Source: Vitrella brassicaformis CCMP3155 (lineage: Eukaryota; Protista; Chromerida). Taken from it: a stretch of 64,000 nucleotides of DNA. The translations under genes and the position numbers were made by a program. The number at the start of each line of letters is the position of its first letter. The first letter of the stretch is position 1. The stretch spans positions 1 through 64,000 of the forward strand of contig CDMY01000973.1 in the NCBI GenBank assembly GCA_001179505.1, in the 5' to 3' direction. Shown here piece after piece: positions 49,720-60,887 of this stretch. The notes under the pieces were generated by a model that was not told where the DNA came from, did not search any database, and saw only the letters and a list, made by a program, of their open reading frames with translations.

Positions 49720-50400
49720 AGCAATGGTGGTGGTTGGCGATTGCCTGGTGCTGCAGCGGACGGCGTCCCTGCCGATGTCTGGGTCGGGCTGGTCGTGGGC
49801 GGCTTCCCTCGAGGGCCGCGGGGCGGTGGTCGTAGGCAGGGAAGGCGACATCTTGATGCTCAGCACCGCCGACGGAGAGGTAAGCAAGTACACACACGCA
49901 CGAAGCGAAGCGAAGCGCAGAGAGGGACATGCATCTGTCCCATGGTTGTTATGATGATTCAGATGGTGCGACAGACAGATGAGACCACCGTGGCTGTGCT
50001 GTGGGAGGGTCGCCTTCTTCGATGGCCTCACTCAGCGAGGGCGGTCTGGGACCAAGGACGCCAACACGGCCGTCACAGACGTCTTCCCGACCCGAATCCG
50101 ACTGCCGCACAAGGATAGGGAGGGAGAGAGAGAGAGAGAGAGAGGCACGACACGAGAGAATACAGTTGGGCTGGGTGGGCGCCTTTGTTGGCGTGTTCCC
50201 TCTTGTGTGCAGGAGGCAACGTGATAGTGCTAGGGAGCGATCTCCAGGTGGCGACGACGTTGAGGTGCGGCGCGGTGCTCCCGTCCTCCCCCCGCAGACG
50301 GCGAGATACTCCGCCGCCCATCACCGAGGCTATAGTCGGTGATGTCTGGCGTCGACGCGTCCCTTCCCCCTCATTATCCCCACCCAATCGGCACAAACGG
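49720..50400 (+). pseudogene. 5'-less exon remnants, beta-strand rich (possibly propeller-like)
   Basis: Exon-like blocks GWSWAASLEGRGAVVVGREGDILMLSTADGE|gtaagc and GGNVIVLGSDLQVATTL start right at the duplication breakpoint. No complete model. Confidence 0.25.
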
Positions 50401-51447
50401 CCTTGGCGTGCGGGCCCCTGTCGGAAGCGACATGCGTGGCGGGCGGATGGTGGTCAGCTGCGGTGGGGGAGGCATTGGCCGTGCTCACAGTCGATGCATG
50501 GGCGGTGCGGTACATCAATAGCCAGCCAGAGGGACGAACGTTCACGATGGATGGATGAGTGGTGGAGGGGGTTCATGATGGCGGTCCGTTACTCGACGCA
50601 CGCTGCCTATTTGGCTGGCTGGCGGGTTGGCTGAACATATGGATGACCGGATGACCAATCGGATCGGACACACTTCCGTACACAGCGGTGGTCGATGGAA
50701 GCGCACCTTAAATGTCAGTATGCATGTGTACGTGCGTCGGGCTGCCTACGCGCGACTCAGTCAGTCGTGCATTTGTCTCGTGAAAACGACAGAAAGATGA
50801 GCAAGTGGATCTGATCTGACGGGCATCGATAGGCTCAAAGAGGGAGGGAGGGAGACACGCATCAGAAACCACCTCTGGAATCACCTCACCTCATGGAACA
50901 GACCAGGGGCATCTCGTGACATGTATGTATGTGTGTGTGCACGACTGACGCCATTATGAGCAGGTGTGTATCCTATCCTATCTCCCTGTCTCCCATCGAG
51001 TCGAGTCGAGTCGCACATCTACACGGTCCACACATCTAGACAGACAGACCACACAAAAATACCGCTTGCCGATGCTTGATGTGACAGTCCAGACGAGAAA
51101 CCTTCTGTTGTAGGTAGTGTCAGGCAGGGAAAATCAGCTGCAGAAGCGGCTGGCTGCCTTCACCCCTCTCTCACGCATGCAGACACAAACAGGAAAAATT
51201 TGACTGACTGCACAGGACAGCCTGCTCGACAAATCAACCACCGAGCTGTCCCATGTCTACCAGAAAAATATGAAGGTCAGACAGATGCGTCTTACGGATC
51301 CAAAAGATGACATCCGTCAGTCAGTGCTGACTCTCTCCAGCCCAGCTGTTCCTGCAACCCGGCCACACAGATAGATGACACCAGGGTGGCGGTCGACTGG
51401 TGCGTGCGTGCGTGCGGCTGGCTGGCTACCCACTTGGTCGATGTGTC

Positions 51448-52476
51448 CTAGTGGTTCTTCCCAAAGCGGGGCTTGTGTGGGTGGTCGGGATGCGCCTTGC
51501 CTTTGCCGGGCCGCTTCTTGCGCCGCCCGCTCGGTACCTTGATGTGATATGCAGCGAGCACACCGGGAGATGGATGGGCTGTCGTGTGGCGCTCCCCCAT
51601 CCATGACATTAGCTTACCTCCGTGAGCACCCATTTGTAGCTATCGCCATCACAGGCAGAGCCCTGGACGACAGGTGCCAGGTTCGTCTGGTTGGCGTTCT
51701 CCACAGCAGAGGCATTGACCTAGGCGGGGTGGGAGGAGGCAGACAGACAGAACCAGACAGACAAAGGCTCGGATGTACATATTTCTCCGCCGTGCAGTTG
51801 GCCACCCACCGCTCTGAAAGGCCCTGATGATGTATTCCCGAGGGGTGGCTCCCAGAGGGGTGGCCCGTTCGAACTGCCACTCGAAGTTGACACCTTCTTC
51901 GCACGCCTTGTCCTGCACGACGCTCGCGCCGTCGATAATGGAGCCCTCGATGACGGACAGACAGCAGGTCGGTGTTGTCTGGACTGCGGTCACGTCGCAG
52001 GGCTTGGACAGCTGATAGAAGCCGCTGTCCAGCTCCTCCACCAGCCACGTCTGATCCAGTCCTGAGCAGCCAGGATTCTGGCGAGCCGGCGCCTTGTCCA
52101 CTCCTCTGCACGGAGTCATGCAGCGATCCAAACAAGGACACAGACTCACTCATCCACGCACACGTGCACTCGCTTCTTGCGTACGCAGCAACTTGCAGGC
52201 ACTGGCCGCTGTGAACCGCCTCGAGCGTGTAGCTGCCGTCATCGATGTCCGCCACATTGCTGCCGTTGCAGTCGGCGAAGTCACATGTGTCCTGACAGGT
52301 CGTGTTGAGCCCACAGCCGAGGCAGCACTCCTGATAAAGTACCAAACAGCAATCACGCACACACAGACTTCATCTGAGACAGACAACAGGCGTGGGAGAA
52401 GCCCACCAAAACTCACCCCGGCGGCCGTGGCCAAGACGGCAAGAAGGGACACCACAACCAACAGCACCTTCATCAT
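51448..52476 (-). CDS. Secreted ricin-B (beta-trefoil) lectin with basic tail; one apparent frameshift
   Basis: Signal MMKVLLVVVSLLAVLATAAG; repeats GSYTLEAVHSGQCLQV..QTW, GFYQL..CLSV..GASVVQ..EWQF and EYIIRAFQSGQCL..APVVQ..YKW; final exon VPSGRRKKRPGKGKAHPDHPHKPRFGKNH*. Confidence 0.75.
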
Positions 52477-53502
52477 GACGTTTTCAATAAGGGCAGAGGC
52501 AACAAACAGCGAGAGAATGAGACTCGCCAGCAGGAAGGGAGATCTCACGTGCCGTTGGGGAGATCTTGGATCTCACCAAACGGCACGTACCGTTGTCGTC
52601 TGCGGTTGGTCGTGGCGGTTGGCGGTTGGCGGTTGGAGAATTATTATTGTTTCTGTCGATGTGGTCTAGCTGCAGCCGTCGCTTTCCTCTTCCTCATCTT
52701 GAAGGAACCATCGCAGGACGGCAGAGCAGATGATTGCCGCTATACTCCCAATGTGGTGCTTGAGGTCACTAACTTGTTGAAGAAACCATCTGAAGAGTCA
52801 GCTGGCACATATCGGACACGTTGCAGCCGTGTGCGGGTGCGTGAAAATGGTGATCAACGCTTCACTTGGACGCATCAACAGATGCGGGGTCCCTCGTGAG
52901 AGCACCAAAGCAGTCAAACCCATTTGACGCATCGACAGATGCGAGAGGCCGGCGGCGAAGTGACCATTTGGGACAGCTGTCCCTGCACACACACACAATC
53001 AATGCATGTCTATCTGTTGGCGGAGAGTGTCTGAGAGATCATGCATCTGTACCTCAATGCCTTTGTCTTCGCTGGTGGGGCAGGCGACATCGGCATCAAC
53101 AGCAGCACTTTCACACAGACCCTGCACTGCACACGGCACCCAACCCACCCACAATCATTGCCCGACGCCGGAATATGCATCCTGCCTGTCCGATGCCTCT
53201 TTGTCTGTGTGTGTTCCTTCCTGTCTGCCTGTCTGTCTGTCTGCCTGTGTGTGTTTGTGTCGACCTGCAGGGGCGGTGTGAGCGCGAAACGACGCTTACA
53301 AGACCCTCAGAGACCTTTCCGAGTGTCACCCCTGACCCTCCGGTCACGGCTCGTCCCTTGCGGAGGGGCTGTCTTGGGCCGCCTGCGCCACGATCAAGAT
53401 CACAGACGGAGAGTGTCCACAGTGCATTCAAACACCTCAACAAGGCCTTTCCTACCCCTTTTTTGTCGCCCATTTCGCCGCTGCGATGTCGTCCAAATCG
53501 AC

Positions 53503-53540
53503 CTCAGGGCTTGGGGCTTAGGGTTCCGGGTTAGGGTTTG
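53503..53540 (+). repeat. Degenerate interstitial telomere-like repeats
   Basis: CTCAGGG CTTGGGG CTTAGGG TTCCGGG TTAGGG TTTG, immediately left of the 53547 repeat copy. Confidence 0.55.
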
Positions 53541-53546
53541 GCCCAA

Positions 53547-53883
53547 CTTGCGAGCTTTCCCAGTTTGAACTCATCGTACGGCCTTGCAGCTGGCCTTGTA
53601 GACGCCATCACGTCGGTGCAGTACATGGCTGCACACCAAAAGGAGAAGAACGCCGCCTGCATCTTTCTCCTCTGTGTGTGCCTCTGTGCCTTCAGGTTCC
53701 GGTGAGGGCAAGGCGGCCTCATGGGCAACACGTTTGCCCCGCCAGACGATTCAGCCAGGATAGGCCTGTTTGCGGTGGTGTTCGGCCCCACCAAGTGCGT
53801 CTACATCGATGACCATGCCTGCAACGAAAGCGCCGAATTCACCTCCACCATGATGGACCGACACGCGCCAGCGGCATGCACCA
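53547..53883 (+). repeat. ~335-bp direct repeat, copy 2 (partner 49371-49704)
   Basis: Direct alignment with copy 1. Confidence 0.95.
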
Positions 53884-54122
53884 AGGGATGGCGGCCCGGG
53901 TCAATCGGATGGTGCTACGAGAAATGGTGGGACGTGCCCGACAAGGCGAGGCTGTACACTCACTTTGATCCCAAGGCCGTCAAGCGGGCGTGTGCATGGC
54001 AAGACAGGTGGACGCTTGAGCGGCGGATTGGTGTTGCTGTGGGGACTGGTATTGCGCTGATAGGCGTGGCTGCCATGTGGGCGAAACCAAAGTGGATCAA
54101 ACGATGGGTCAAGTTGGTGTGA
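53721..54122 (+). CDS. 133-aa protein with Gly2 and a C-terminal hydrophobic anchor, unknown function
   Basis: Single ORF MGNTFAPP...RRIGVAVGTGIALIGVAAMWAKPKWIKRWVKLV*. Confidence 0.6.
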   Translation: MGNTFAPPDDSARIGLFAVVFGPTKCVYIDDHACNESAEFTSTMMDRHAPAACTKGWRPGSIGWCYEKWWDVPDKARLYTHFDPKAVKRACAWQDRWTLERRIGVAVGTGIALIGVAAMWAKPKWIKRWVKLV

Positions 54123-54469
54123 ATGAATGTGACTGTTGACTCTTCGCCAACGATTCTCTTCCCATCACTAGCACTTACTCTTTCGTGTGCTGTCCTGCCC
54201 CGTGCGGTGCGCTGTCATGCTATGCTCCCTTTCTATTTTCACACGAACCGCTGAGCGAGACGCGTTGAGGCGCCTTGCTATCGGCGTAATAGTAGCAAAC
54301 AACGAACACTGCGGCCTTCCACGCATTCTGTCCTGGCAAAGAGAGGCGAGAAACTGTCATGGGCATCCACTCAGGCACAAATAGCGTCTTCTTCACACCA
54401 CACCAAACCCCGAAAAACCATGCTGACCGCCTGACTGACGAAAAACAGAGAGCTCGGCTCGTCACACTA

Positions 54470-55117
54470 TCATGCATCGAAGTCGAACGAGACTCTTGCC
54501 CGGTCGGCCTTCTTGTGCCTGTCCTGACCACCACCACTGCTGACATCCATCCGCTCCTCCCTCCCTCGCTTGCCCTCCTTCCTCCGCCCAATCAGCGCAT
54601 CCGGCATCACACGAACATTCTGGCCACCAAGGCCAGTGGCAGTGGTGGTAGCAAGGTGCCGTCCTGTTGACAGCGCCGTAGACAGCACATCCGTGTCGCT
54701 GTCGTCCAGGTCCATCATAGACGAGGATGGCTGCGCGTCGACCTCCTCCACATCAGCTGCTCCCTCTCGGTCCATGTCGTCATGAGCTCCGTCTCGCTCC
54801 AGCACGCACTCCCAGCGGTCCTGGTCCTCTCTGTTCTCCTTTTGCCGACGCTGCCGCAGCTCTGTGAGGAACTCGAGAGCGCTCGAACGCATCTGCTCGG
54901 CGTCGTCCGAGTCGACGTCATTCAGCGAGTAGCGGGCCCACGAGGAGAAGGGAGGCGGGCGGGGAGGGGCGAGGGAGTCGGTGGTGTCCGTCATGAGCTC
55001 ATCAGCAAGACCAGCAGCAGCAGGCGGAGCGGAGGAACGGGTTGAGTGAAGGACGTCGAAGGTCTGGTGAAGGCGCCTCGAGAACCCACGATCTTGTGAG
55101 CGAATGAAGTACTGCAT
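54470..55117 (-). CDS. TSSC4: TSSC4-like U5 snRNP-associated protein
   Basis: Single exon. WARYSLNDV...MRSSALEFLTEL matches the TSSC4 WTKYSL.DV...AL.FL motif, and RVMPDALIG resembles the C-terminal VMPEYVVG block. Confidence 0.7.
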   Translation of the reverse strand: MQYFIRSQDRGFSRRLHQTFDVLHSTRSSAPPAAAGLADELMTDTTDSLAPPRPPPFSSWARYSLNDVDSDDAEQMRSSALEFLTELRQRRQKENREDQDRWECVLERDGAHDDMDREGAADVEEVDAQPSSSMMDLDDSDTDVLSTALSTGRHLATTTATGLGGQNVRVMPDALIGRRKEGKRGREERMDVSSGGGQDRHKKADRARVSFDFDA

Positions 55118-55296
55118 TCCCACTGAGTCAGAGCCTCTTCAGGACTCTATTCTCACCACAAGCTCAGATCCGGCGTGAGATCGTTGAGATGTTTTAGCTC
55201 GCAGTGGATCTGGAAGGCGACGGCCAAGGCGTCCAGTTCACGACGGAGCAACGCAGCAGAGCATACACGCTGGCCAGATCCCATCCGCAACACCCA

Positions 55297-57107
55297 ATGA
55301 CGCACGGTGACACGACTGCCTACGTCCACGCGCCCCACCCCGTCACTATGGAAGACACTCAGCAGCGCGGCAAGGTCATGATCCCTTCCCTCTCGCCCCT
55401 CCCGCCCTGCGCCTTTCCCCCCTATGGCTCGCCCAGCTGGTCGGCCTCTGTGCTGAAGGAGCAGCCGCCGAGCCCCTCGAAGGAATCCTGTGGGTGCGGG
55501 CAGCGCTGCACGGCCATGCCGGGCGGCGACCACTCCGCGGGTCTGCACGGCATGGTGGGCGAGGGGCAGGTCATGCAGATGGACCACTTGCATCACCACG
55601 ACCCTGCTGGCGGCATGGTGCGGGAGGTCAGCAATGTGTCCACGACGGTGTCGATGGACGAGAACAAACGCCTCAAGGAGATCGAGAGACTCGAACGCAG
55701 ACAGCTCTTCGCCAAAACCAAACTGTAAGGGCAGTGTCGAGGGACAGATCTGGCCGTGTCTCGTGGTGGGTGGGTGATGACGCTCTCGTATGTGTGCTTA
55801 CCGTGTGTGGCGCGTGTGCAGCTGCCCGTGGTACCCCACCGGTCGCTGCTGGAAGCTGACCGAGTGCAACTTCGCACACAGGTACGCCAACACATCGACA
55901 GACAAAACACTGCAGGCCTGCAGCCGTGTGAATGCTCAATGCTCATTTCTTTGCTGTCATCTGGTGTGTCCATCAATCAGCGAGGAAGAGTTGCGGCCCA
56001 TCCCTGAGGGCCTGCTTCCGGTGAGTTCTCACACAACGCACACAGCCCAGCCCTGCCCGTCCACCGCTGATTGTCCTGTCTGTCTGTCTGCGTGTCTGTG
56101 TGTGATGTGATTGCACTGTTCATCATTCATTCAGTCTATCGACGGTGGGCGCAGCGGCGAGAGCAAGAAGCGCGACGTGGGCTCCGACCGCAAGACCTAC
56201 AACGGCAGAATGCTCGTGGAACCGTTCACACCGACTAATGACGGTCAGCCACTCAGCCACGGACGCCCACATGGACCCGGGATAAACGGCGAACGTCTGT
56301 GTGTGGTGAATCAAATCAGGTCTGTCCCGTTCGCGGAAGCGTCGCACCAAGTCGTTTCACTGCCCGAGTTACTCGCCGGGCGGGTGCCTGCTCCCCTCCT
56401 CCCCCCTGTGCACGGCCACCACCACCACACCCTACTACAACACTCGACCCAGATCCCTGACCTACGATGCACAGGTGCACTGCACACCAAGGCAGCGAAG
56501 CCGAGCACAAAGAGAGGCACCAATGGCTCTGTGTATGTGTATGTGTGTGTGTGGACTGTCCGTCCGTCAGGCGTCGGAGAGTGCGTCGACGTTTTCTCCT
56601 TCGTCGCCCCTGACGACCATCGCAAGCCCCATGCCCGTCTCCCTCCCCCCGTTCGACGAGACCCCACCCACACACAATGCGCGGCCCCGCGCATCGTCAT
56701 TCGACTACGTCTTCTCCACGGCCCCACCAGGCGTCCACCAACCCACCACACACCAACAGGCTCACCCCCAGTCCACAGCACCACCACACCAGCAGCACCC
56801 ACAGTCCCCCCTGACCATCTACACGCCCACGGCCATGCGCCCCCGGAGCATGACCGAGTCGGTGGTGTACGTGCCGTCGTCGATGTATGCCACCCACACG
56901 GGCCACCACTCGCAGCCGCTGACGGTCATCGACTGCCGCAAAATGTGTGTGGGGGTGGGGGTGCAGACGTCCACTGCCTTACCCAACACCTCGCCGGGGG
57001 GGTCGGGGGAGGGGGCGGGGCAGGAGGGAAGACTCAGCCCACTCAGCATACTCACGGGCGACGTCAATGTGTCCGAAAGCGGTAAGTACCGGAAGTGGGT
57101 GGCGTGA
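55297..57107 (+). CDS. CCCH zinc-finger RNA-binding protein (single finger, long disordered regions)
   Basis: Spliced FAKTKL|CPWYPTGRCWKLTECNFAH|SEEELRP: C-x7-C-x5-C-x3-H with a KTxL lead-in. The 3' end is uncertain. Confidence 0.8.
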
Positions 57108-57769
57108 GTGGGGTCTGTGCTGCTTGCTGGTCTCGTGTGGACGTCGATTCATCCTTCGTGTTGTGTGTGTGGTGTGTGGCGGTTTGTCAGAGCTGGAGGC
57201 GGCCCAGCCGGTCGTGTATGAGGAGTGACGGCGGAAGGAAGGGACAGACAGAAGAACGAGCGGGACACATCTACTCTACTGCTTCTCATCACTTTCTCTC
57301 TCTACCCCTCGACTATCTATCTGCCTTAACTGACTGATCTATCTATCTATCCTGCTGCTGGAAGTGTTTTCACCCTACCAATACCATACCATTCCATTCT
57401 CTCACTGACTCGACTCACACACCGCATCATTCATCCATCCATCCATGCGTGTAGCTACGTACCACACACACACACACACACACGCACAGACGCACACACA
57501 CATGGGCGCTGGGTGCGATGGGTGGGCTGGCTGGCAGGCAGACCAGCATTACACAGCATCATCACATGCCATGGACAACACGGTCCGTGCGAAACACAGC
57601 CGTCATCCACTCATTACACACAAACGTACCGTAGGTGACACAATAATGGTATTTCTCAAGTCTTTTCTGCTCTTCTGCGCTGCGCAGTGGGGGGCCGGAC
57701 GAACGAACGAACGGGCTTATGGATGGATGGGAGAGGGACAGACACTGCCTGAGGGGGGGGGGGGGGGGG

Positions 57770-58069
57770 NNNNNNNNNNNNNNNNNNNNNNNNNNNNNNN
57801 NNNNNNNNNNNNNNNNNNNNNNNNNNNNNNNNNNNNNNNNNNNNNNNNNNNNNNNNNNNNNNNNNNNNNNNNNNNNNNNNNNNNNNNNNNNNNNNNNNNN
57901 NNNNNNNNNNNNNNNNNNNNNNNNNNNNNNNNNNNNNNNNNNNNNNNNNNNNNNNNNNNNNNNNNNNNNNNNNNNNNNNNNNNNNNNNNNNNNNNNNNNN
58001 NNNNNNNNNNNNNNNNNNNNNNNNNNNNNNNNNNNNNNNNNNNNNNNNNNNNNNNNNNNNNNNNNNNNN
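57770..58069. other. Assembly gap (300 N)
   Basis: N run flanked by poly-G. Confidence 0.99.
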
Positions 58070-59036
58070 GGGGAGAGAGTGGCTCATGCTGCTGTAGATG
58101 ACGCTGACGCTGTTGGGGGTCCCTTTTTTCGTCGCAGCGTACTCACTCTCACCGCAGACCATGGCATGGATGAGAGCATCCGGCACGTTGCCTTACTTTA
58201 CTCACACCGAACCATATTACACCATGTCATTGCCCGGTAGAACAATGAACGGATGGCTGGATGTATGGATGGATGGATGGACCATACATGCCCCCACGCC
58301 CTCCCTCTCCCTCTCCCTGTTTCTCTCTCCCCTTTGTGTGAATGGATGGATGGATGCCAACATGGATGCTGCGCAGCGTCGTCTTTTCATATTTCCATGA
58401 CTTTCTGCCTGTTGCCTCCTTACTGCCTGCCTGCCTGCCTGTGTGTCTGCGTGTCATCACTCGGACGAACCGATATACTTTGCTATTTTTCCGGCCGTGT
58501 GAATGTACGTCGTCGCGTGACGTGATGCATCTTACGTGTTGTGATGGTGTCCCCTACTGGGGAGATGGGGCCACGTTGGCGGACTGTCAGTCGTTGGCTC
58601 GTGTGGGTGGGTGTGCGTGTGTGCGAGTGTGGCAGAGGGGAGGGAGATCTGCGTGTCTGTCTGTCGTGTGATGTGATGTATGTCTGTGTCTGTGTGTGTG
58701 TGTCTTGGGGGCTCTCATCAGTGGACCCTGATGGAGAGTCCATGGTGCGTGCATGTGATGGATGATGCGAGCGAGAGATCCGATGATATGGATGGGATGG
58801 GCTGTGATGGGATGTCGGTGTGGATGGATGCACGCGTGAAGTAGTCTGTCTGTCTGTCTATGTTGACACACCCCCTGGGAACGAGCAGACAGCAACGAAC
58901 GAACGGCCACTCCACTCTACCCCACACACCACACCACACCATACCACTCACACACCTCACACACGTGTCTATCACAGCCAGAACGTGCTGCTTTCCGTCT
59001 CATCATGTCAAGTCTTAGTCTCTTTTTCGGCTGTGC

Positions 59037-59336
59037 NNNNNNNNNNNNNNNNNNNNNNNNNNNNNNNNNNNNNNNNNNNNNNNNNNNNNNNNNNNNNNNN
59101 NNNNNNNNNNNNNNNNNNNNNNNNNNNNNNNNNNNNNNNNNNNNNNNNNNNNNNNNNNNNNNNNNNNNNNNNNNNNNNNNNNNNNNNNNNNNNNNNNNNN
59201 NNNNNNNNNNNNNNNNNNNNNNNNNNNNNNNNNNNNNNNNNNNNNNNNNNNNNNNNNNNNNNNNNNNNNNNNNNNNNNNNNNNNNNNNNNNNNNNNNNNN
59301 NNNNNNNNNNNNNNNNNNNNNNNNNNNNNNNNNNNN
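59037..59336. other. Assembly gap (300 N)
   Basis: N run followed by (GT)n. Confidence 0.99.
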
Positions 59337-60587
59337 GCACGTGTGTGTGTGTGTGTGTGTGTGTGCTGTCAGGGCGCTGTAGTGTGAGAGATGAGATAAG
59401 ACTGCGGCACATTCTCTCTCGGTTTGTGTGTGTGTGTGTGTGTTCCTTTGGGTTGGTCTGTTGCCCCTGGTGTGACTTCAAGTGAGACGGAGATGCCGGA
59501 AAGGACGGTGCGGTGTGGGGAGGGGGTGGGATGGGATCGAGAGTGACCTGTATCGTAGAAACAAACACACACACGCACGCGCACCCACGCACGCGCACAC
59601 ACCCGATCCACCCAATCACCATCTATCCATTCATCCATTCATTCATCCATCAGTCATTCGCTGGGGAGCAAGGAGCCGCTTTTTCGGTTGTTCTCTCTTG
59701 GTCTGTATGTATGTGTCAGCCTGCGTGTGGGTAAAGGGCTATTTGTGGAAGCGAAGCAAACCATGTGCTGAGAGAGACTGATTCCATGATGAGTGAGTGG
59801 ATGGTTTGATGGTTCCAGTGAGACCTCACCCTGACGAGCGAGGCGAGCGAGCATGACGATTTTTAATGCCCACAAACATGTGTATGTGTATGTGTATATC
59901 TGTCTGTCTGTGTGATTTGTATGCCTGTATCGGGCTGACGCGAGCGAGAGAGACATTCAGACAGACAGACCGACGGGCCGGGCCGTGCCGTCACATCATT
60001 CCCTGCCGATCGAGGGCTGTGCTGCGCTGTGGTGTGCTTGCTGTGCAGGGCTGTGTTAATGGGGGAGCGAGGGGGGTGAGGTGCTGCTGTGGTCTGTCTG
60101 ATTGAGCCGATCGATCTTCTGTATTGTGACCAGGACGACACTCCTTTGGTTTTTCGCTCTTGTCCGTGCGGTGTGGCCTTCTGGTATTCGCTGTTGTGAC
60201 TCTCGCCGTGGCGACTGCTGTGTCACGTAGAGTGGCTGCGCGATACTAACACGCCTCAGCCAGTCCGGTGGCCACACGACACACGCACACGACACACGTG
60301 CGGTGGCCACATCAACTAACATGATGATTTATTTTTCCTGCGTGTCTTTTTCTCTTCCGACGAGCGCAGCCCAGTCATCTCATCAGACAGACAGACAGAC
60401 AGGTGGGGTGGGGTGGGGTGGTGTGTTCTTGGTTTGCTCTCAATTCAGTGAAGGTACGCCACTCTTCACTTTTTGCGGGAGGGAGGGAGGGATACCTACA
60501 ACGCCGCTAGGCTGCTTTTGTGTTTTGCGTGTGTGTGGCTTGTGCGCCCTCGGGAGAGAGGGAGGGGGGGGGGGGGGGGGGGGGGGG

Positions 60588-60887
60588 NNNNNNNNNNNNN
60601 NNNNNNNNNNNNNNNNNNNNNNNNNNNNNNNNNNNNNNNNNNNNNNNNNNNNNNNNNNNNNNNNNNNNNNNNNNNNNNNNNNNNNNNNNNNNNNNNNNNN
60701 NNNNNNNNNNNNNNNNNNNNNNNNNNNNNNNNNNNNNNNNNNNNNNNNNNNNNNNNNNNNNNNNNNNNNNNNNNNNNNNNNNNNNNNNNNNNNNNNNNNN
60801 NNNNNNNNNNNNNNNNNNNNNNNNNNNNNNNNNNNNNNNNNNNNNNNNNNNNNNNNNNNNNNNNNNNNNNNNNNNNNNNNNNNNNNN
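60588..60887. other. Assembly gap (300 N)
   Basis: N run flanked by poly-G. Confidence 0.99.

Noticed and set aside
52650-53500. Short plus-strand ORFs and an 18-nt near-repeat (gacgcatcaacagatgcg / gacgcatcgacagatgcg)
   Set aside because: No coherent gene model, and two copies are too few for a CRISPR-like or other array.
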